Assembly (NCBI GenBank): GCA_964016885.1
Contig: OZ024741.1
Coordinates: 20,150,001 to 20,214,000, forward strand
Source of the DNA: Eledone cirrhosa
Lineage: Eukaryota
Length of the DNA: 64,000 nt
Direction: 5' to 3'
Positions 11,161 to 22,800 of the stretch are shown in pieces. The translations under genes were made by a program, and so were the position numbers. Position 1 is the first letter of the stretch, and each line of letters opens with the position of its first letter. The notes under the pieces are model-generated. The model worked only from the letters and a program-made list of their open reading frames with translations, made no database searches and was not told the DNA's origin.

Positions 11161-11372
11161 GTTTTTTTTGAGAAAAAAAATTATTATTTTTCCAAAATAA
11201 AGTTCAAATATTTGGGCCAAAAGGCCCAAATATTATGAGTTATTCCTTCACAGGATACAAATGAATGTCTTATAATGCTTCAGCGGTACAAAAAAATAAA
11301 CAATTCTCCACAATTAATCCTCAAAAAATTGCTTACTCACGGAGCTTCAAAAAACGTACATCCACTTTCGTC

Positions 11373-11663
11373 AATAATAATAATAATAATAACAATAATA
11401 ATAACGACAACAACAACAATGATGATATACATATACATATATATATATACACACACACGCACACACAAACATATCTATACACACACACACATACACGATA
11501 GCAACTAACAGCGCTGCGCTCGAATGTGGCATACATACATATACCCATACATACATACAAACATACATACATACATACATACACACATACATACACACAT
11601 ACATACATACATACATACAAACATACATACATACATACATACATACATACATACATACATACA
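11373..11663. repeat. Compound microsatellite (AAT/AAC)n-(TA)n-(CA)n-(CATA)n
   Basis: Seen directly; ~35 bp unique spacer near 11496-11530. Confidence 0.9.
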
Positions 11664-11803
11664 TTGGGTGACAGGAGGACAGAAATAGAAACCTAAGCCA
11701 TAACTTGTGGATGACGTGGCCAACAATGATGAATCTTCACCTCGTTACGACCTTCTCAAAAGATATAGGAATGGAGTTTGACCAAGATAAATGTTCATAT
11801 ATT
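11664..11803 (+). pseudogene. Small decayed RT fragment of a second R4/Dong-like element
   Basis: Frameshifted NLSH..VDD and LHLVTTFSKDIGMEFDQDKCSYI align with ISHLFFVDD...LDRITQFSTDIKMRFGESKCAYL of the element at ~4200-4340. Confidence 0.7.
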
Positions 11804-11804
11804 A

Positions 11805-11964
11805 TTGCAGCATTTAGTTTCGGCCCTTTACGTTCAAATCCCGACCAAGGTCAGCTTGGCCTTTCATCCTTACATAAAGTACCAGTAATGCACTGAGGTC
11901 GATTTAGTCGACTTTACCCTCCCCAAAAATTACTGGCCTTGTGCCTATATAAGAAACCATTATT
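11805..11964 (+). mobile_element. tRNA-derived SINE, 5'-degraded
   Basis: B-box-like GTTCAAATCC at 11832-11841, core GCCTTTCATCCTT...AAAGTACCAGT..GCACTG, tail TGGCCTTGTGCC..AGAAAC.ATTATT; a homologue lies on the opposite strand at 15611-15770. Confidence 0.7.
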
Positions 11965-11969
11965 CTTTT

Positions 11970-12099
11970 CATTTTGTTTTTGTTGTTGTTATGGTTGTTT
12001 TTGTTGTTGTTGTTGTTATGGTTGTTTTTGTTGTTGTTGTTGTTGTTGTTGTTATGGTTGTTTTTGTTGTTGCTCTTGTTGTTGTTATGGTTGTTTTTG

Positions 12100-12131
<32 letters not shown>

Positions 12132-12305
12132 GTGGTTGGTGGTGGTGGTGGTGGTGGTGTGGTTGTTGTTGGTGTTGGTGTGGTTGTTGTTGTTGGTGGT
12201 GGTGGTGTTGGTGTTGTTAATGATGCCGTCGTTGTTGCTGTTGTCGTCGTCGTCGTCGTCGTTGTTGTTGTTGTAGTTGTTGTTGTTGTTATTGTTGTTG
12301 TTGTT
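11970..12305. repeat. Compound trinucleotide microsatellite (TTG)n/(TGG)n/(TCG)n
   Basis: Seen directly. Confidence 0.95.
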
Positions 12306-12607
12306 CTAACCTATTATTGTGTTCGTGTCGACATATATATTGTTTTATGTTGCTGCAGTTGTTTTTCCTGCTCCCTTCAGTTCCTCTCCAGCAAATTATG
12401 CAAATATATTCAAAGAGTATTTTAACTGTAAAGTTGTATCACTGGAGGTGTCTTGATTGACATTCCCTTGCAATCTCTTCTATTGTCATGGCAACCTTCC
12501 GACGCCATAATAGATTGAACCACGATACACCATGGCTCCTTCACAGTGGAATCATTTACATACACATATTTCTAAGTAGACGCACATATATATACAGACC
12601 CAAACAG

Positions 12608-12623
12608 ATGTGTGTATGTATAT

Positions 12624-12700
<77 letters not shown>

Positions 12701-12805
12701 ATATAAATATATATATATACACATACACACATATATATGTATATATATATACATACATACATATATATAAATATATATGTATGTGTATGTAGATATGTAT
12801 GTGTA
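12608..12805. repeat. (TA)n/(GT)n microsatellite block
   Basis: Seen directly. Confidence 0.95.
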
Positions 12806-12870
12806 TTTCTGTGTGCTTGCATCAGTATTTAAGTATATATTATAATGTATATACGACAGAGCAGTTAACA

Positions 12871-14228
12871 ATATATATACACACACCTCAGTATTACTCT
12901 ACACAATATATATATACACACACCTCAGTATTACTCTACACAATATATATATACACACACCTCAGTATTACTCTTCACAATATATATATACACACACCTC
13001 AGTATTACTCTACACAATATATATACACACACCTCAGTATTACTCTACACAATATATATATACACACCTCAGTATTACTCTACACAATATATATACACAC
13101 ACCTCAGTATTACTCTACACAATGTATATATATACACACCTCAGTATTACTCTACACAATATATATATATACACACTTCAGTATTACTCTACACAATATA
13201 TATATACACACCTCAGTATTACTCTTCACAATATATATATACACACACCTCAGTATTACTCTACACTATATATATACACACTTCAGTATTACTCTACACA
13301 ATATATATATACACACACCTCAGTATTACTCTACACAATATATATACACTTCAGTATTTCTCTACACAATATATATATACACACCTCAGTATTACTCTAC
13401 ACAATATATATACACACAGCTCAGTATTACTCTACACAATATATATATACACACACCTCAGTATTACTCTACACAATATATATATACACACTTCAGTATT
13501 ACTCTACACAATATATATATACACACCTCAGTATTACTCTACACAATATATATATACACACCTCAGTATTACTCTACACAATATATATACACACACCTCA
13601 GTATTACTCTACACAATATATATATACACACCTCAGTATTACTCTACACAATATATATATACACACATCAGTATTACTCTACACAATATATATATACACA
13701 CCTCAGTATTACTCTACACAATATATATATACACACACCTCAGTATTACTCTACACAATATATATATACACACCTCAGTATTACTCTACACAATATATAT
13801 ATACACACCTCAGTATTACTCTACACAATATATATATATATACACACTTCAGTATTACTCTATACAATATATATATATACACCTCAGTATTACTCTACAC
13901 AATATATATATACACACACCTCAGTATTACTCTACACAATATATATACACTTCAGTATTACTCTACACAATATATATATACACACCTCAGTATTACTCTA
14001 CACAATATATATATACACACACCTCAGTATTACTCTACACAATATATATATACACACCTCAGTATTACTCTACACAATATATATACACACACCTCAGTAT
14101 TACTCTACACAATATATATATATACACACCCCAGTATTACTCTACACAATATATATATATATACACCTCAGTATTACTCTACACAATATATATATATATA
14201 TATACACCTCAGTATTACTCTACACAAT
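12871..14228. repeat. Minisatellite, ~40 units of ~30-40 bp: CTCAGTATTACTCTACACAA + (TA)n(CA)n
   Basis: Nearly invariant 20-bp core separated by a variable-length dinucleotide linker. Confidence 0.97.
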
Positions 14229-14335
14229 GTAAAAATAACCGAGATGTCCTACACGGGTGAAAGTATAAGGAAAAAAGATGAAATCGAAAATGTAACTGTA
14301 GTCTTTTTTTTTTTTTAAATATATTTATTTGGTTC

Positions 14336-14371
14336 CTTTACCGGTTTCGCAGTTCTTCTGCTTTTCAAAAG
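14336..14371 (-). ncRNA. Candidate minimal (Penelope-type) hammerhead ribozyme with U3-A8 core variant
   Basis: Minus strand CUU UUGAAAA GCAG-AAGAA-CUGC GAAA C-CG-G UA AAG, with AAUAAA just downstream: perfect 4-bp stem II, GAAA, palindromic ACCGGU stem III and a GUA triplet; stem I is only 3 bp. Confidence 0.5.
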
Positions 14372-14477
14372 TAGAGTTGAGATGGAGGGTTTGTGGTTTT
14401 TCTCACATCTGGTTGGTGTTTGGATGTTGCTTCTGTTTTATATGGAAAAAAGTGGCTCGAAACGCCAGGTTTTTAGA

Positions 14478-15057
14478 GAAGTAATTTGTTTGTTTGATGA
14501 CTGTCATGTATAATAAATTTCGCGCCAGTTCGCGTTACAAAGTTCTTATTATATTTGCCTTCAAAAAAAAAAGGGAGGGGGTGGGCTCAGATTGTTTTTT
14601 TCATATATGAGTGAAGTTTGGTTGGTTGATGCAGTCACGTGATTAAGCACATCAGCTTTCGCGCCAGTATGTGTTTGAATTTCTTTTTACTTTTAAAAAA
14701 AATGGCTCACGAAGGCTTTTTTTTATAAATGTAATTTGATTGGTTATAAATGAAATTATGGCTGTCACGTGAACAAGTACATTAAATTTCGCGCCCGTAT
14801 TTTGGAATTTTTTTGTAACCATTTAGAGAATTTTGTGCCAAACAAAAGATAATGGTCAAGAAAAGGTGATGGAGAGAGTTGTTCTGAGTATGACTGATGT
14901 GCTGAAATGTAATTTGATTGGTTATAAATGAAATTATGACTGTCACGTGAACAAGTACATTAAAATTCGCACCCGTATTTGAGAATTTCTTTTGTAGCTT
15001 TTTAGAGAATTTTGTGCCAAACAAAAGATAATGGTCAAGAAAAACGGGATGGTAAGA
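14478..15057 (+). promoter_or_regulatory. Four imperfect tandem units carrying CCAAT, E-box and E2F-like motifs (last two units have a 178-bp period)
   Basis: TTTCGCGCC at 14518, 14657 and 14787 (ATTCGCACC in unit 4); GTCACGTGA at 14634, 14764 and 14942; TGATTGGTT at 14737 and 14915. The repeat is certain; promoter function is inferred. Confidence 0.5.
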
Positions 15058-15139
15058 ATTGTGTCTGGTTCAGTGAATATGGCTGGTGCGCTGGGGTGTC
15101 AGAATTCAGACTTTCTATTGAAATAAAGAAAGTAGAGAT

Positions 15140-15159
15140 ATGTATGTTTATTTGTGTAC

Positions 15160-15212
<53 letters not shown>

Positions 15213-15600
15213 TGTGTGTGTGTAGGAAGATGATTCTATTAGTAGAAATGGGGGAGGGAGGTGTATGTGTGTGTAGGAGTATGGTTAGCATGTTAAGATG
15301 GAGAGAATATATATATATATTGTGTGTGTGTGTGTGTGTGTGTGTAGGAAAATTATTCCGTTAGTAGAAATAGGGGAGGGAGTTATGTGTGAGTTTGGGT
15401 GGGGGTTAGCATGTTAAGGTGTTAGAGTATTAACATATGTTAAGGTTTATTTAGTTCTGATTTTTATTTTCGAAAATAGGTGTTATGTGTGTGTGTATGT
15501 GTGTGTGTATGTGTGTGTGTGTGTATGTGTGTGTATGTGTGTGTGTATGTGTGTGTGTATATTGTGTGTGTATGTGTTTATTTGGATGGTTAGCATGTTA
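15140..15600. repeat. (GT)n/(GTGTAT)n microsatellites with a duplicated ~75-bp spacer
   Basis: tagga..at..attc..ttagtagaaat.gggga ggga...ggttagcatgttaag at ~15222 and ~15345; ggttagcatgtta a third time near 15588. Confidence 0.85.
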
Positions 15601-15610
15601 TGGTGTTAAC

Positions 15611-15770
15611 ATAATTGTTTCTACTTTTGGCACAAGGCCAGCAATTACCCAGTGCATTACTGGTACTTTATTTTATCGACGCCGTAAGGATGAAAGGCAA
15701 AGCTAACCTCGGCGGGTTTGAACTGAGATCATAAAGGGTCGTAATGCTTTACTGCAAAGCATGGCGTCCA
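15611..15770 (-). mobile_element. tRNA-derived SINE, same family as 11805-11964
   Basis: Reverse complement reads GTTCAAACCCGCCGAGGTTAGCTTTGCCTTTCATCCTTACGGCGTCGATAAAATAAAGTACCAGTAATGCACTGGG...GCTGGCCTTGTGCCAAAAGTAGAAACAATTAT. Confidence 0.75.
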
Positions 15771-16615
15771 ACAAGAACAGTAGTAGTAGCAACAGGAGCA
15801 CCACCGCCATTACTTCTAAAGTTGCTGTAAAACACTGGACTAAAGCCGCCAATTTGTCTGTTGGATTTTTCCTTTTACACTTTTATTAGTTTCAGTCCTT
15901 TGATTGCAGGCATGCTGGAGCACTACCTTGCTTTCATCACTAGTGTCATTTCTTTACATTTCTAGTTAGAAATTCCACTATGGGAGAGATTATATTTAAA
16001 GAACTTAGATAAATTATATTTATATTTATATGTTCTTAACTGCTGGTCAATCAATGATAAACGTTGATTGCCAGCTAAATTATTTATAGAAATATACTGA
16101 AGGGAAACCCAACCCAAATACTGAGTGTGTTTTCCTATTTTTTCGTAATTTTAAGACCATAACCAAATATGATATTTTTTTTTTTCTGTTTTGTTAATTT
16201 TTCAATCGATTAAAACATACTTTAGCTGTATTGCAGTAACATACACAAACACCCTATACAGCACATTACAGCTCATAATATCTGGGACAGTGTCGCAGTA
16301 ACATATCTTAAATCCCTATTACATTACAGCTCATAATATCTGGGACAGTGTCGCAGTAACACACATATCTTAAATCCCTATTACAGTACAGCTCATATTA
16401 TTTGGGACAGTGTCGCAGTAACACACATATCTTAAATCCCTATTACAGTACAGCTCATATTATCTGGGACAGTGTCGCAGTAACACATATCTTAAACCCC
16501 TATTACAGCACAGCTCATATTATCTGGGACAGTGTCGCAGCAACACATATCTTAAATCCCTATTACAGTACAGCTCATATTATCTGGGACAGTGTCGCAG
16601 CAACACATATCTTAA

Positions 16616-16839
16616 CCCTTTAGCATTTACATTACTCTATATATACTATTATATTTTCGAGGTAAAGGCTTTACCTCACATAATTATCTCACATAATACT
16701 GAATCTATGAAATGTTTATGTTATTTATTTTGACAAAAATAACTTAACATCAGTATGAGAGGCCAGTTGCAGCCGGTTTGACGAGAAATGGGAGAGAGAA
16801 TTCTGGCCCGATGCAGCCAGGTTAAATGATGCTAAAGGG
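16616..16839. mobile_element. 224-bp piggyBac-type MITE, copy 1, in a satellite TTAA site
   Basis: TTAA on both sides (16612-16615, 16840-16843); TIRs CCCTTTAGCAT / ATGCTAAAGGG; the monomer resumes in register after the TSD. Confidence 0.92.
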
Positions 16840-19800
16840 TTAAACCCCTATTACAGTGCAACTCATATTATCTGGGACAGTGTCGCAGTAAAACACATAT
16901 CTTAAACCCCTATTACAGTACAGCTCATATTATCTGGGACAGTGTCGCAGTAAAACACATATCTTAAACCCCTATTACAGTACAGCTCATATTATCTGGG
17001 ACAGTGTCGCAGTAAAACACATATCTTAAACCCCTATTACAGTACAGCTCATATTATCTGGGACAGTGTCGCAATAACACATATCTTAAACCCCTATTAC
17101 AGTACAGCTCATATTATCTGGGACAGTGTCGCAATAACACATATCTTAAACCCCTATTACAGTACAGCTCATCTTATCTGGGACAGTGTCGCAGTAACAC
17201 ATATCTTAAATCCCTATTACAGTACAGCTCATATTATCTGGGACAGTGTCGCAATGACACACATATCTTAAATCCCTATTACAGTACAGCTCATATTATC
17301 TGGGACAGTGTCGCAATAACACATATCTTAAATCCCTATTACAGTACAGCTCATATTATCTGGGACAGTGTCGCAGTAACACACATATCTTAAGCCCCTA
17401 TTACAGTACAGTTCATATTATCTGAGACAGTGTCGCAGTAACACATATCTTAAATCCCTATTACAGTACAGCTCATATTATCTAGGACAGTGTCGCAGTA
17501 ACACATATCTTAAATCCCTATTACAGTACAGCTCATATTATCTGGGACAGTGTCGCAGTAACACACATATCTTAAACCCCTATTACAGTACAGCTCATAT
17601 TATCTGGGACAGTGTCGCAGTAACACATATCTTAAATCCCTATTACAGTACAGCTCATATTATCTGGGACAGTGTCGCAGTAACACATATCTTAAACCCC
17701 TATTACAGTCCAGCTCATATTATCTAGGACAGTGTCGCAGTAACACATATCTTAAACCCCTATTACAGTACAGCTCATATTATCTTGGACAGTGTCGCAG
17801 TAAAACATATCTTAAACCCCTATTACAGACGAGCTCATATTATCTGGGACAGTGTCGCAGTAACACACATATCTTAAATCCATATTACAGTACAGCTCAT
17901 ATTATCTGGGACAGTGTCGCAGTAACACATATCTTAAACCCCTATTACATTACAGCTCATATTATCTGGCACAGTGTCGCAGTAACACACATACCTTAAA
18001 CCCCTATTACAGTCCAGCTCATATTATATGGGACAGTGTCGCAGTAACACATATCTTAAATCTCTATTACAGTACAGCTCATAATATCTGGGACAGTGTC
18101 GCAGTAACACACATATCTTAAATCCCTATTACAATACAGCTCATATTATCTGGGACAGTGTCGCAGTAACACATATCTTAAACCCCTATTACAGTACAGC
18201 TCATATTATCTGGGACAGTGTCGCAGTAACACACATATCTTAAACCCCTATTACAGTACAGCTCATATTATCTGGGACAGTGTCGCAGTAACACATATCT
18301 TAAAACCCTATTACAGTACAGCTCATATTATCTGGCACAGTGTCGCAGTAACACATATGTTAAATGCCTATTACAGTACAGCTCATATTATCTGGGACAG
18401 TGTCGCAGTAACACATATCTTAAATCCCTATTACAGTACAGCTCATATTATCTGGGACAGTGTCGCAGTAACACATATCTTAAATCCCTATTACAGTACA
18501 GCTCATATTATCTGGGACAGTGTCGCAGTAACACATATCTTAAATCCCTATTACAGTACAGCTCATATTATCTGGCACAGTGTCGCAGTAACACATATCT
18601 TAAATCCCTATTACAGTACAGCTCATAATATCTGGGACAGTGTCGCAGTAACACATATCTTAAACCACTATTACAGTACAGTTCATATTATCTGAGACAG
18701 TGTCGCAGTAACACATATCTTAAATCCCTATTACAGTACAGCTCATATTATCTAGGACAGTGTCGCAGTAACACATATCTTAAATCCCTATTACAGTACA
18801 GCTCATATTATCTGGGACAGTGTCGCAGTAACACATATCTTAAACCACTATTACAGTACAGCTCATATTATCTGGCACAGTGTCGCAGTAACACATATCT
18901 TAAATCCCTATTACAGTACAGATCATATTATCTGGGACAGTGTCGCAGTAACACATATCTTAAATCCCTATTACAGTACAGCTCATATTATCTGGGACAG
19001 TGTCACAGTAACACATATCTTAATCCACTATTACAGTACAGTTCATATTATCTGAGACAGTGTCGCAGTAACACATATCTTAAATCCCTATTACAGTACA
19101 GCTCATATTATCTAGGACAGTGTCGCAGTAACACATATCTTAAATCCCTATTACAGTACAGCTCATATTATCTGGGACAGTGTCGCAGTAACACATATCT
19201 TAAACCACCATTACAGTACAGCTCATATTATCTGGCACAGTGTCGCAGTAACACATATCTTAAACCCCTATTACAGTCCAGCTCATAGTGTCTGGGACAG
19301 TGTCGCAATAACACATATCTTAAATCCCTATTACGGTACAGCTCATATTATCCGGGACAGTGTCGCAGTAACACATATCTTGAACCCCTATTACAGTCCA
19401 GCTCATATTATCTGGGACAGTGTCGCAGTAACACATATCTTAAACCCCTGTTACAGTACAGCTCACATTATCTGGGACAGTGTCGCAGTAACACATATCT
19501 TAAACCCCTATTACATCCAGATCATATTATCTGGGACAGTATCGCAGTAACACACATATCTTAACTCCATATTACAGTACAGCTCATATTATCTGGGACA
19601 GTGTCGCAGTAACACATATCTTAAACCCCTATTACAGTACAGCTCATATTATCTGGCACAGTGTCGCAGTAACACACATACCTTAAACCCCTATTACAGT
19701 CCAGCTCATATTATATGGGACAGTGTCGCAGTAGCACATATGTTAAACCCCTATTACAGTACAGCTCATAATATCTGGAACAGTGTCACAGTAACACATA

Positions 19801-22800
19801 TCTTAAACCCTATTACAGTACAGCTCATATTATCTGGGACAGTGTCGCAGTAACACATATCTTAAATCCCTATTACAGTACAGCTCATATTATCTGGGAC
19901 AGTGTCGCAGTAACACATATCTTAAATCCCTATTACAGTACAGCTCATATTATCTGGGACAGTGTCGCAGTAACACATATCTTAAATCCCTATTACAGCA
20001 CAGCTCATATTATCTGGGACAGTGTCGCAGTAACACATATCTTAAACCCCTATTACAGTACAGCTCATATTATCTGGGACAGTGTCGCAGTAACACATAT
20101 CTTAAATCCCTATTACAGTACAGCTCATATTATCTGGGACAGTGTCGCAGTAACACATATCTTAAATCCCTATTAGAGCACAGCTCATATTATCTGGGAC
20201 AGTGTCGCAGTAACACATATCTTAAATCCCTATTACAGTACAGCTCATATTATCTGCGACAGTGTCGCAGTAACACATATCTTAAATCCCTATTACAGCA
20301 CAGCTCATATTATCTGGGACAGTGTCGCAGTAACACATATGTTAAATCCCTATTACAGCACAGCTCATATTATCTGGGACAGTGTCGCGGTAACACATAT
20401 CTTAAATCCCTATTACAGTACAGCTCGTATTATCTGGGACATTGTCGCAGTAACACATATCTTAAATCCCTATTACAGTACAGCTCATATTATCTGGGAC
20501 AGTGTCGCAGTAACACATATCTTAAATCCCTATTACAGTACAGCTCATATTATCTGGGACAGTGTCGCAGTAACACATATCTTAAATCCCTATTACAGTA
20601 CAGCTCATATTATCTGGGACAGTGTCGCAGTAACACATATCTTAAACCCCTATTACAGTACAACTCATATTATCTGGCACAGTGTCGCAGTAACACACAT
20701 ATCTTAAATCTCTATTACAGTACAGCTCATAATATCTGGGACAGTGTCGCAGTAACACACTTATCTTAAATCCCTATTACAATACAGCTCATATTATCTG
20801 GGACAGTGTCGCAGTAACACATATCTTAAAGCCCTATTACAGTACAGCTCATATTATCTGGGACAGTGTCGCAGTAACACACATATCTTAAACCCCTATT
20901 ACAGTACAGCTCATATTATCTGGGACAGTGTCGCAGTAACACATATCTTAAAACCCTATTACAGTACAGCTCATATTATCTGGCACAGTGTCGCAGTAAC
21001 ACATATCTTAAACCATTATTACATTACAGCTCATATTATCTGGGACAGTGTCGCAGTAACACATATCTTAAATCCCTATTACAGTACAGCTCATATTATC
21101 TGGGACAGTGTCGCAGTAACACATATCTTAAATCCCTATTACAGTACAGCTCATATTATCTGGGACAGTGTCGCAGTAACACATATCTTAAATCCCTATT
21201 ACATTACAGCTCATATTATCTGGGACAGTGTCGCAGTAACACATATCTTAAATCCCTATTACAGTACAGCTCATATTATCTGGGACAGTGTCGCAGTAAC
21301 ACATATCTTAAACCACTATTACAGTACAGCTCATATTATCTGGCACAGTGCCGCAGTAACACATATCTTAAATCCCTATTACAGTACAGCTCATATTATC
21401 TGGGACAGTGTCGCAGTAGCACATATCTTAAACCTCTATTACAGTACAGTTCATATTATCTGAGACAGTGTCGCAGTAACACATATCTTAAATCCCTATT
21501 ACAGTACAGCTCATATTATCTAGGACAGTGTCGCAGTAACACATATCTTAAATCCCTATTACAGTACAGCTCATATTATCTGGGACAGTGTCGCAGTAAC
21601 ACATATCTTAAACCACTATTACAGTACAGCTCATATTATCTGGCACAGTGTCTCAGTAACACATATCTTAAACCCCTATTACAGTCCAGCTCATAGTATC
21701 TGGGACAGTGTCGCAGTAACACATATCTTAAACCCCTATTACAGTCCAGCTCATAGTGTCTGGGACAGTGTCGCAATAACACATATCTTAAATCCCTATT
21801 ACAGTACAGCTCATATTATCTGGGACAGTGTCGCAGTAACACATATCTTAAATCCCTATTACAGTACAGCTCATATTATCTGGGACAGTGTCGCAGTAAC
21901 ACATATCTTAAATCCCTATTACAGTACAGCTCATATTATCTGGCACAGTGTCGCAGTAACACATATCTTAAATCCCTATTACAGTACAGCTCATAATATC
22001 TGGGACAGTGTCGCAGTAACACATATCTTAAACCACTATTACAGTACAGTTCATATTATCTGAGACAGTGTCGCAGTAACACATATCTTAAATCCCTATT
22101 ACAGTACAGCTCATATTATCTAGGACAGTGTCGCAGTAACACATATCTTAAATCCCTATTACAGTACAGCTCATATTATCTGGGACAGTGTCGCAGTAAC
22201 ACATATCTTAAACCACTATTACAGTACAGCTCATATTATCTGGCACAGTGTCGCAGTAACACATATCTTAAATCCCTATTACAGTACAGATCATATTATC
22301 TGGGACAGTGTCGCAGTAACACATATCTTAAATCCCTATTACAGTACAGCTCATATTATCTGGGACAGTGTCACAGTAACACATATCTTAATCCACTATT
22401 ACAGTACAGTTCATATTATCTGAGACAGTGTCGCAGTAACACATATCTTAAATCCCTATTACAGTACAGCTCATATTATCTAGGACAGTGTCGCAGTAAC
22501 ACATATCTTAAATCCCTATTACAGTACAGCTCATATTATCTGGGACAGTGTCGCAGTAACACATATCTTAAACCACCATTACAGTACAGCTCATATTATC
22601 TGGCACAGTGTCGCAGTAACACATATCTTAAACCCCTATTACAGTCCAGCTCATAGTGTCTGGGACAGTGTCGCAATAACACATATCTTAAATCCCTATT
22701 ACGGTACAGCTCATATTATCCGGGACAGTGTCGCAGTAACACATATCTTGAACCCCTATTACAGTCCAGCTCATATTATCTGGGACAGTGTCGCAGTAAC

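Larger units (their letters stand above)
5577..11372 (-). mobile_element. Full-length Tx1/L1-clade LINE (~5.8 kb) inserted in an (AAT)n microsatellite
   Basis: ~210-nt 5' UTR starting GACGAAAGTGGATGTACG, ORF1 with zinc knuckle, 29-nt spacer, APE-RT-Zn ORF2, ~250-nt 3' UTR with AATAAA at 5589-5584. (AAT)4 abuts the left end (5565-5576) and (AAT)6 the right end (from 11373). Confidence 0.93.

Noticed and set aside
6026-11200. Numerous + strand ORFs overlapping the Tx1 element
   Set aside because: Antisense shadows of GC-rich LINE ORFs with no recognisable motifs
12330-12560. Unique segment as a possible host exon (also contains ATGCAAAT and GTCATGGCAAC)
   Set aside because: No convincing open frame with paired splice sites or recognisable protein motif; isolated motifs are expected by chance
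11265-12886. Poly-C/V/L and YVCM/HT-type ORFs
   Set aside because: Microsatellite translations
12799-14318. 477-aa and 398-aa ORFs
   Set aside because: Translations of the minisatellite, whose + strand lacks stop codons; frames interchange with linker length
14440-14472. Second hammerhead-like remnant (..GGCTCGAAACGCCAG) on the + strand
   Set aside because: No CUGANGA core and no stem II can be built
15872-15932. Possible fragment of another SINE-like repeat (gtttcagtc...catgctggagcac)
   Set aside because: Too short and diverged to support without a repeat-library search
17969-18010. RSS heptamer CACAGTG in GGCACAGTG variant monomers
   Set aside because: No ACAAAAACC-like nonamer at 12 or 23 bp spacing; the heptamer arises from a single G-to-C variant of GACAGTG
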